The notes under the pieces: generated by a model
Databases searched by the model: none
The model's input: the letters and a program-made list of their open reading frames with translations, nothing else
Told to the model about the DNA's origin: nothing
Shown: piece by piece, positions 42,401 through 52,825 of the stretch
Numbering within the stretch: the first letter of the stretch is position 1
How the letters are laid out: each line of letters opens with the position of its first letter
DNA from: Cycas panzhihuaensis
Lineage: Eukaryota > Plantae > Cycadophyta
NCBI GenBank assembly: GCA_023213395.1
Contig: CM041465.1
Location: forward strand, 68,641,741-68,705,740
Length of the DNA stretch: 64,000 bases
Direction: 5' to 3'
Position numbers and translations under genes: made by a program

Positions 42401-43345
42401 GTGGTGTTGTATATTGATGATCTCTTGATCACATATAATGATATCAATATGATATTAAACTTGAAGGAAGATCTTAGTCATTTCTTTAAGATGATAGATT
42501 TAGGAATTTTATACTACTTTCTTTATGTGGAAGTATGGCAAAGGCCTAAATATATCTTCATCTCGTAGACAAAGTACACCTCAAAATTTTTGAAGAAATT
42601 TAAAATAGATTATTGAAAACCTATACGTACCCCCATAGAGATAGGTTCTAGATTAATAATGAAAAATAGTGAAGCAGGTGTTGATTCTACATTGTACAAG
42701 TAACTAGAGGGAAGTCTAATATACTTGATTGGTACTAGACCTATTATATTTTGTACAATTAGAATGGTATCTAACTTTATAGAAATTTCAAAATAGAGTC
42801 ATTAAAAAACTATGAAAAGAATCCTCAAATACTTGAAATGGACGATCCAATATGAACTTGAATTATTTCATAATAATAATTTCAAGTTGATAAGATTTAT
42901 AAATTCTAATTAGATCGGATATTTAGATAGCAAAGAGTTAACTTCTAAATACTATTTTAGTTTAGGTTCAACTAAAATCACTTAGAATAGTGAAAAGTAA
43001 TCCAATATTACTTTATCCTAAAATGAAGTAGAGTACAAGGTTGTAATTATAGTAGCTACTAAAGCCACTCGGTTACGATAGATTCCAAAGAACATGAGAC
43101 TACCACAATTAGAACCAACTATCTTACACAATGATTATCAGAGGACTTTAAAATTTTTAAAAATTTATATTTTCTATGATCATACCAAACATATTGAGGT
43201 ATACTATAAGCTTAATCAAGACTTGATTCAAAACAGTATAATTGAGATGGTGTACAAGCCAACAAAAGAATAGTTGATTAACATCTTCATCAAATAATTA
43301 GCATATGATAGATTCTAGACTTTTAAAGATGGTTTAGGTATTAGG
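39480..43345 (+). pseudogene. Copia gag-pol remnant
   Basis: LNDLWKYVN gag, IFIDGFSRKF integrase, QIDVKNEFLNG and LYIDDLL RT, HTKHIEV RNase H; highly degenerate. Confidence 0.9.
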
Positions 43346-44957
43346 AAAAATGAAATAAACATTAAGGGGAAGTACAAAAAATTAGTGTTTATTTATGGCT
43401 TATAACTTTGGATTATGAGCCTCCATTTTAATTTTCATAATTTATTAGTATTAGCTTATTTTTATGTTTATATAAGTGATAAGCAATTGAGGGTTACAAC
43501 TCTCACTTTACATGTGAAATTTAGTTAGAATTTAGATTCTATTTTAAAGTTGTATTTATGCACATTCAATGCATTATAAATCTTAATGAGAGATAATTCA
43601 AATTTGAGATTTTAGCAGTTATTTGAAATTAATTCTCATGTTATTGGTGTGTTAATCTTTATTTTATTAGATTTGCATTCTTGTTATTTTAATAATTTTA
43701 TACAAAACACAAATGGGTTTCAATCCTATAAAGTTCAATAAATTAAGAAGAGAATATTCATAAAGAAAATTTTAATTTTAATATAATTTTAAAACTTTAG
43801 AAAAAATTTATAAATACTTTTAAAATATACATGGCAATAAATTTTTTAAAATGGTAGAAAAACATGATAATGAATAATTTGATGTTTCTCACTAAATACT
43901 ACACCAAATATTGCAAAATTAGAAACCCAGATAGATTATAAATAGATAACAACAATGCCAAAAAAATCAAAGAAGATTAAAAAACAAAGGAAATCTAAAC
44001 AACTAACTTTTTCAAAAAAATAAAATATTTTTGCAAACACATCCTAGTATACTGACTTCGATTTACTCTAAGAAGCTTATTTTAGCTTTAAATCTCATAA
44101 AAATTGAAACCTGCCTGTATAATTAGTAGATAAAGATCCTAATTTTTTTTCTTTAAGTTAAAAAATAGAAAAGATCTCAACCACTAAAATCAAGAAAAAT
44201 GTTTTGCCCTTAAAAGGCTCAAAACAATCTCTATTTGTGCTCAATTCTTGATAAATCTAGGCAAATTATAGCCTAAAATAAAGGTTCATAGTCTTTTTTA
44301 GCATGTTGGTGATAAGTTTTTCAATTGATTTGATGATACTTTCCCTCAAATAAGTAAAAAATAATCTAAAAAATTTCCCAAAATAATAAATCTTAATGTG
44401 GATATACTTAAAACCTGCAAAAATGGTTGTATAATAGTGTACAACATTGCCCAATCACTACCCAACAGCAACAAACATATATTTCCTAACCCCAACTTGA
44501 AGAAAATGACAAAAAATAAACTCAAAAAGTAGTGATATCTTTATTAGAAATAATGGACATATTCAAAGAATATTAGCAAGAGTTTTAGTAATCTAAAAAT
44601 ATTTCATAGGCACAAAACAAACATTTTCTTCAATAGCATGTTAGAGTAAGAAAATGAGAGAAAATGGGCTACAAAAAATGAACAGTATAAGCTCACAAGT
44701 ATAAAGAATAGCAAGATAGCAAACTTACATTATTTCATAGTTCACACTCAATCAACTTTATAATGCATGACTTAAGGCGACAAATAAAAATAAGAGACTC
44801 CATGATGCGTTACACAAGCTCATTCATATGAGAGGAAGGTCAAAGTCTAATAATAGAAGGTGAGCATTATAATGGATTTGGGGGTTATAATATATAAAAT
44901 CAAGTCCATAAGAAATATTATAAATAATGCTGTAATTACTTAATATTATTTATAATA

Positions 44958-47926
44958 TGAATAACCCTCAAATCCCATCAACTACCCTTATAGGAGTCAA
45001 ATGGAACTCAAGGGTCATGCTTGGGTAATATGACATAAATTTCTACCAATGTTCAATATATCTAGTTGGCTAATATTCATGCAGCACTTCCCCAAGGAGA
45101 TCTATTACTCATTAAATGAGTAATGAAGCCAATCTAATGAGAAACAAACCTCTAAAACATGATAGATTGACTTCACTAGTCAACTACAAAAGCATCAAGG
45201 GATTTACAACATGGCCATAGGTCTATCTTTCTAGATAGTCTTCTCTTTCCTCATATTACATCATTATTAATCAGCCTTAGTTTTATATCTTTCTCCTAAG
45301 ACTAAGTTAGTTTACCCTTAACACATGACCATGTCTAGTTTAAACTTATAGAGGAGCTTAGTTAGTTTATACTAGTCATGAAGTATAATTCTAGTTTATA
45401 CTCATAGAGAAGTATACTATAGTTTAGCCTTGTTATGGAGCTATGGTCGTTTTACCTCATTTTAGAGCATAATTCATTAGAATGAATGAGTACCCCATCG
45501 CATCTAATAATACCATCAATACAGGATAAAACCCCAAATCTAGTTGTGTGAATAAGAAATTGACTATTAAAATATAAGGAAAAGAAGTCCTAGGGCATGA
45601 TCCTTGAAATGGTTAAGATGTTGAGAGTGTCCACATTGAGATGAATGTGCCCCTCGCCATTGAAATCCTAAGTAATAATAAAAGGAAACTCATTAAAAGG
45701 CCCCTTTAAATGAATATTATCCTTAAGGGTATAATCTAATAGAATCTTAGGCTAAGTAGTTGGCTTCAAACTACCATTAGTTACTTCTTCTCATAGTATT
45801 TAATTGCATGCCTTAAAGGGTTGGTGAATAGTATTGATGGGAATGAAGTGTTTAAGGCTAGAAAGGACGTTAGGCACTCAAGTAGAAAGGTAGATGGATT
45901 ACTTTAAAGCAATCTTAAGCTTGCAAGTACATTGTATTAGAGATTAATCTAAGGGTGGTTTATATAGAATTAGCTCATAATAATAATTTAGAGGGATTGG
46001 GATAAATCTATATAAATACATCAAAACAGATTTGTTATACCTAAAAGGAACTACCACTAAGAGGACCTCCTTATTACACTTGAGGTAGGTCTATGGTGTC
46101 ATAAATAGAGAAATTAACACCAAGCTCATAAGTCTTTAAAGGAAAGATATCTAAATCACTTCTAAAAAATGTGTCCTACTTGGGTTGACGCAAGTTTTCA
46201 TAATAAAGTAAACACTCAATGAGAGGCTCAAGAGTCTCAAAAAGGCTAGAATCCTCATCACTATTGAAATGGATCCATCAACAATTTGGGAAAGGCATAT
46301 AGGGAAAATACTTATTGCCTAACTAAGTGATATAAGGATTAGAGTCAATTTCCATAACCCTAGCTTCTCCCATTGGGCATATGCTCAAAGGTAAAGCAAC
46401 CACTCATAAAATTAACCCCAACATTTGTTATGAAGTAAGCATAAATATATCTAAGTAAGAAGACGAATCAAAATCAAGCCATTCTAGAAAAAGATCTTAT
46501 AAATCAAATCTAACTTTAATAGTGTTATGTCTCATAAGGTCCTCAAATGTAGAGAAAATCATTACAATCATATATAATTTTTCTTCTTTTAATTCTCTAG
46601 CTTATAAAGGGAAATCTTCCTAATCAAGTTGGCATAGGTTGTTATCAAAACAATAGTTTAGGCTCATTTTAGAGGTGTGATAGCTTATCCTCACTCCAAA
46701 TGAATGATAGTTTAGGCTCATTTTAGAGGAATGGTAAAGATCTTATGGTGATTCTAAATTAAGACAAGCATAAAGACCAAAAAAGGCTTAGGATCTTCCC
46801 AAAGATGAGTATCTTGATCATTATTAAAGGAATTAGTATCCAAGATATGCTAGTAAGGATATGGTTCAAAATCTAATTAAGGGATATTGAGATTTGAATA
46901 AGATTTCATAACTATAGTTTGCCCCATTAGGCACATGCTTGAAGGTAAGGCAACCCTATACAAAATCGATCATTATGTATATTGCAAAGTAAGCACAAAT
47001 GCTCTTAAGTTAGTAGCAAAATTAAGTCTAGCTCTTCTAAGATAAACACCACATGAATCAAGTCTAAGCCTTAAAGAAGAAGCATATTATATAGGCTAAT
47101 AAAAAGTATAAATAAAAAATGTTGTAATAAACATGGCCCCTATTACCTCTTCAAATGTGCATTGAGAAGTAAGGACACATAAGGAAATGGAGGTGGAGTG
47201 GAGTGGAGTGGAGATAGAGGTGAAGTATACCAAATGAACCAAATAAAAACTACACTACAATGAGCCTTAAATGAACTAAACTCTTTACTAAAACCACTAA
47301 AGAGCATTGCCCTATGATGTCTTCAAGAAAAGTTTCATCAACAAATGGTCATTGGGCACATAATAAGTGCAAGCCTAAATAAGGCTTAAAAGATCTTGCT
47401 TAAATCCTCCTTTAAGGTTTAGAAATTTAAAAGAAGGGAGGGGAGGAGATGGTAAAAGAGAACCTTAAGTGTAATGGTATTCTTTTTAGAGTCTATAAAG
47501 GAAAAGGATGAGGCCCCAATAAATAGGAGATGTTATTATCCCCTACAATGCCTTAAAGACTAAATTAGGATATATATATATATATATATATAATTGGATA
47601 AAGGTTTTAATGTCCTGAAAACTAAGAAATCTCAAAAATTTTAGCAACACAACAACAATATGTTAGAGAAATTCTAAGATAAAAGGATGTAACTAACCAA
47701 ATTATGAGAATCTTAGAAAGTTTGGTAGAACAAAATTTACAAACTAAATAATTTCTAAGAAAAATTAATGAGTAAACCTAAAAGTAAAAGAGAAAGTATC
47801 TCAACTCTAAAAAACTTAAAAAATTTAAATCTAAAGAGATTTTGAGATTTAAAAAGGTAAGGTAGGTCTAGTAGATCCTTAGTATTATCACTAGTGATGA
47901 TTTCCTCATTAAAAAGGGCTTATGAG
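44958..47926 (-). mobile_element. Old Gypsy-like internal remnant, probably continuous with ~19740-21391 and 53607 onward
   Basis: The same ~30-bp degenerate repeats (agtttaaactt.tagagga, tttaggctcat) occur at ~21020-21230, ~45330-45470 and ~46650-46730, on both sides of the 21392 Copia. Coding motifs are weak. Confidence 0.4.
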
Positions 47927-48339
47927 TGTAGGAAAAATAATCATGGAGAACATGCCAGAACATAAAAAGAGATAATCATAAATCATTACATCATTGTTAC
48001 ATAGTAACATAAACAAATAAAACTTGTATATTCAATCCATGTTGTAAGAGAGATTTATAAATGTCTAAACTGAAGGTGGTGTCTAAAGACACCAGGGTTG
48101 CACACCCCTCAAAATATATAGTTTGGGGGAGGAGGGAAACTCCTCAACCCCTAAAATTTAAATAATAATAAAATAATAACTTAACTTAACTCAACTTAAA
48201 TCAAATCAACTTAAACTTACCTTATACTTACCTTCACATGTGAGCACCCACATGTGTAAATTGATGAGTGTGAGATGTGCACTCCTAGTTGGAAGATGGG
48301 AGAGGGGTGATGAGCATTAACCCCAACATTCTCCTCCTT

Positions 48340-49051
48340 AATGATTATCAAGGGCAATGTCTTCTCTTTAAACTTGTGGACTTTGTACTTGAAAAAAACT
48401 TTGAAGATTTATTTTTTGGCTTGATCATTATCAACTTGCTTTATCCTTTTACCAATGTGTGTCTTCACCATTGAATGGTGCAAAAAATCTATAGATAAAT
48501 GAAGCTTGACTGAAATGTGGATGTGTAGTTGTAACTTTGACTTTGTCAACTGGAACATTAAGAAAACTTTAAACTTGAACTTTGTTTTCTGAAAACTTTA
48601 TGTTATATGTAATTGTCATATCGTCATATATCTTTCCCTCAAATGGAGGATCAGGTTCTTGTGCAACAACATGATCATGCATTTCATTAGAATCGTCCTT
48701 AGTCTTGTCATTACAATCCACCTGTTCTTGCACCTGTCTCACATGCTCAACATCAATGTTAAATTCACTGAGGGTATCTCCCCCATTAGTAGAAATAAAA
48801 ATGTCCCACATGGATTTAGAAGTTGTTAATTTACAAACTTTAGAAAAGACATCATCATTTATAGTGCAAAATAATAAAGCTATGGCTTCATTATCTTTTT
48901 TAATATTTTCCTTAATGCTAACATCATATTCATCTTGTAGGTAACTTTAAAGATTATATGTAATAAAATAATTTTGCATAGTCTTATACCATAGTGAAAA
49001 TTTATGGCCATCAAATATAAGAAATTATACTTGATCGAGATTGATTATCAT
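48340..49051 (-). pseudogene. Truncated Copia gag mini-ORF
   Basis: FDGHKFSLWYKTMQNYFITHNL...KKDNEAIALLFCTINDDVFSKVCKLTTSKSMWDIFISTNGG (includes ORF 48569-48811). Confidence 0.8.
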
Positions 49052-50574
49052 TTTATCGAAAACTTTAGTATATAAAAAAGAATATGCTTTTATTAAGTCA
49101 AAAAAAACTCAATAAATGATAAGTATGATAAACTTATAAGATATAATATCAGATAAACTTTGAAGTAAAATAAATATATGAGTAAATTCAAATATAACTA
49201 AGATCCTTTTAACTAGGTCTAAATTAAAACTTTGAAAATAAAAAAATAAAAAGTTCTTAAGATAAACCTTATAGGATATACTTTGATGCTCAAGTTTAGC
49301 AGCTTCGAAGTTGTACTAAACAAAGTTAAAATAAAGTGAAACTTTACCAAATTGAAGATTAATGAAAGAACTATTCAATGGAACTAACTGTTTTGAAAAG
49401 GGGTTCTTACAAGGTAATATTTTAATGAATAAAAGGTGCAGTCCTCCTTTTGAGGCTAAACAGGAGCTTGCACTCAAAATATTATAAAAATGTTAATAAA
49501 AACTTGTAAAATGGTCAATTATAGTTTAGAAGGCTACTCGATATACTTTTCAATTGAAAACTTAAGAAAAAATATATACAAAATATGTAATAATGTCAGA
49601 TTAGAGGCTATTAAATACCTCAACTTTGATGGCTTTGAAAATAAATAAAAACACTTCAAAACTTATAAATAATAGTGTCAATTCAAAGAGGAGTGAGTCA
49701 TCTTCCCAATGAAACTAATGGATATGAATTCTGATGTAAAACAGAAAAGTTATAATGAAAATAGCAACAAGTACTTTTATGGTTAAATGTTTAAAAAAGT
49801 GTTAAAAAACACTAAAGTGTCACTTTGATCTATTAAAATAATGATTAAAATAAATCTTAAAAATAAAATAAATAAATGATAATGAAGTTTGTTGATAATA
49901 GATAACTACATAATAGATCTGGGTAGAAAATAATCTCCTGGTGAGAAAGTATAATCTGACAAAAAAGGTTTTTATGAAAATAGTTCAAAATAGCCTTAAA
50001 ACTCAATGAGTGACTTTAAACTTATTGAAACCTGATCAAATCAGCTCCAAATTGGTCATATGACCAGTCAAAATCATATTATAGAAAATTTCAAATGTAA
50101 TGGGATAGGTTTTGTCAGAAATGGATGACCTAGTGAGAAGTTATGATAAAAATTTGCCAAGTACCCTATGTGAAATGAAAAAATTAAAAAAAAGAAAAAG
50201 AAAAAAATGTTATAAAGATTAAGACACCCCTTTTAACAATGAACTAATGGTCATATGATGTAGTACGAGACCAGGGGATAAATCTAAAAGGTGCTTAAGT
50301 TTTAAAAACCCTAGATTCAAAATTTTAAACAATTTACTTTAATTTTTTTTTTAACTTTATGAAAAATAAAAGATAAAAAATAAAAAATAAAGATATGTCA
50401 TCGTTGGCACGCAGATGTCGCTTGTCAGTCTGTCACATATCTGCGCCTGTACATTGAATCTATGCTAAAGACGCTACCATGAATGCTCCCGCCGCCGCCT
50501 CAACTGCGCTACCATCTGGGAGTTGTCGCCTTCGCCGTCAAACCAACACAGGTCACCACTAAAGCCACTACGCA

Positions 50575-50922
50575 GAGGAGAAATAGATCGATGGGAATGA
50601 AACTGACCTTTCAGTGTCAAGGTTACGCCAGCCTAACTTAGGAGGATTTAATGATCCTACAACTACAGATGTTATTTTGAATCTACAAAGGGTTTCATCC
50701 AAAGATCCGAGAGGAATTAATGAGGTAGAGCAGGTGTGTGCTCAAGCTCATTTACATTCCAATCTTTTACAACGGTCAAGATATTTTGTTGCCCTTTTAT
50801 CTGAGAGATGGAAGGTATCTGTTAATGGTAAATCTAATAAGCCTTTCTACTTTAACTTGCGCGTTCTGTCTTCGAGGATGGTGGAACCCTGTTTTACTGT
50901 ATTCCAGTTGTTTTATCCCTAA
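50575..50922 (+). pseudogene. Captured plant BTB/POZ-domain protein fragment (At1g63850-like family)
   Basis: GGFNDPTTTDVILNL...HLHSNLLQRSRYFVALLSERW resembles the family motif FNDP..SDV.L.L...LH...L..S.YFAALLSDRW. Confidence 0.75.
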
Positions 50923-51177
50923 TTGGCATTGGATGTGTAATGTCATGTGCATTCTTTTGGATTAGGTAGAAGGAAGATACAAATTAATCTTTTTGATTTT
51001 GTTATAACTATTTTGGTCATCCCTTTCTTTCAATTGAAAAGAAGAGGATTTGGATTGATATTTACTCTTGATTTATTCCATTCACTCATTATCAATGGAT
51101 AATACCATACCTACTTAGTTTTTTGGGTTTGGCTGGTGTGGTGGGTCATGGTTTCTATTGTTATTTGTGGAGGGAAA

Positions 51178-51309
51178 ATGGTGGAGCAGCTTACAGAGGA
51201 GTAGATCTTAGAGTTCAAGAAGGCGTTCAGCTTGTTTAACAAAGATGGAGATGGATGTATCACAATGAAGGAGCTTGGGACAATTATGCGCTCTCTTGGT
51301 CAAAATCCA
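51178..51309 (+). pseudogene. CAM: Captured calmodulin N-terminal fragment, spliced
   Basis: [43 protein letters not shown]; continuous through the Gly26 codon (51253-51255), where plant CaM genes have their intron. Confidence 0.95.
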
Positions 51310-51612
51310 AAGAGACTATTGTGGAATCATTTGGATCATTTAGTTGTCCTTATTCATCAACTTCAGATGTGGAGCAAAAGGAGCAGGCCTTTGCATGTAA
51401 AGGGACTGGAGCAAGTATGTAAGAGGTTATAGGTAATGAAAAACTATTGGGATTCTTTTCAGGAGGATCTAGGGGTTAGCAAATCTAACATAATGATTGG
51501 AGCAGCTATTGGAGCCACTATGGAAGGCTTATGCTTTTTTAGAAGACCACAGTTTTTCTCATCATTGCAAGGAGATGCTTGAGCAATTCATTATGGAACT
51601 GTAGTATTGAAG

Positions 51613-51676
51613 ATTGTGAAGCAAATATTTGTTGGCATTTAGGACCTGTTAGATCAACCTAATCCTATTGATCCTG
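51613..51676 (+). pseudogene. SCE1: Captured SUMO-conjugating enzyme (SCE1/UBC9) fragment
   Basis: IVKQIFVGI*DLLDQPNPIDP versus plant SCE1 TVKQILVGIQDLLDQPNPADP. Confidence 0.85.
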
Positions 51677-52449
51677 AAAATGCGTCTTTATGTATTGTAT
51701 TAGGAGAGCTCAGAAGGTTGATTATTTAGAAGTTATTTCTGAAATGAAAACAAGATACGCATTTGATTTTGCCTTTGAATGATGGTGCTTATGTACATGT
51801 CTTTTCCTTCACAAATATGTTTAGACCAGAATATATATATATATATATATAATGTAAAAAAACTTTGGCCGCCACGTAGAGTGGCTGGTTATAAAAGAGA
51901 AATCTAACTCACCAGATCTCACCACTACATAGGCTCTCAAGGCCTATATGCAAATGGAGCAAATGCATAAATGTAGTAGAAAATATTTAAAATTATATAT
52001 TTATATAAAACATAAAAGATGAGTATTGTGTTTGAAATCTTTCAAATACACTTTGGGGTTTCATAAAAATTTCTTCAAATAATAACAGTAAAAAAAAAAA
52101 AAACATTTAATGGAAGAATATAATCATACAATAGAGTCATAATGAAAGCAAGAAAGTTTTTCAAATATATGGATAGAAATATATCAAATAAATGAAATGC
52201 ATATATATTTGTATCTGAAATATTTCAAATATATTGGAGTAGATATATCACAAAACTAAGAAACATATATATGTTTAAATCTAAAAATAAACTAAGAAGA
52301 ACCTAGTAAACAGTTGTGGTAGATTTGTAGCAGAATGACTCCCAAAGATGAGATCTTCTTCCACACAAATCAAAGCTTCAAACAGATTTCTCCAATAGGT
52401 AGATATGCTATGATATACGGTTTGTTGGACTGAATATACACCAAAACTT

Positions 52450-52825
52450 GCAGATCTAAAAAAGAACTTGAAACAATGGTCAAATATATGATAAAATATA
52501 TAGATCTGAAAGAAAACTTGAGTAAGTATTGCAGATCTAAAGTAAATATAGAAGATCTATAGCCAATATTACATATTTGAAATAAATAAACTAGAAAATG
52601 GTGAAATAATTAATAAAATAAGTAGATCTGAGAAAATATATAGCAGATCTGAAGAATATATGGCAGATTTAAAGGAAACTTGAGTAGATATTGTAGATCT
52701 GAACAAAATAAACCAAAAAACTATCAAATATTTGATAAAATAAGCTGATCTGAAGGATATATAGCAAATCTGAAGAAAACTTTAAATAAATATTGCTTGT
52801 AGCTATGCTCCTACATAGATCTAGA
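52450..52825. repeat. ~20-bp CAGATCT array homologous to 37970-38465
   Basis: Recurrent cagatctgaa/tagatctga units with a different copy number from element A. Confidence 0.8.

Larger units (their letters stand above)
28921..43702 (+). mobile_element. Degenerate Ty1/Copia (5' LTR 28921-29195 + 32004-32058 split by an insertion; PBS 32059-32070; PPT ~43364-43372; 3' LTR 43373-43702)
   Basis: LTR pair ttagtgtttatttatggct...gagggtt.caactctcactt, degenerate PBS tgatattggagc, TSD ctaaa/caaaa (1 mismatch). Confidence 0.85.
21392..44957 (-). mobile_element. Full-length Ty1/Copia expanded to 23.5 kb by nested insertions (3' LTR 21392-21710, 5' LTR 44639-44957, TSD TGAAC/TGAAT)
   Basis: Two homologous LTRs (ttatttcatag.tcacactcaatcaact...aatagaaggtgagcattat), reverse PPT tcccctc at 21711, degraded PBS before 44639, TSD with one C>T change. 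Confidence 0.8.

Noticed and set aside
50614-50922. Functional BTB gene (102-aa ORF)
   Set aside because: GTG start, upstream in-frame stop, truncated domain, located inside an LTR element; treated as a captured fragment.
51460-51535. Pyruvate dehydrogenase E1-beta-like motif (SNIMIGAAIGATMEGL)
   Set aside because: Short and weak, and an alternative frame is equally plausible, so no identity was assigned.
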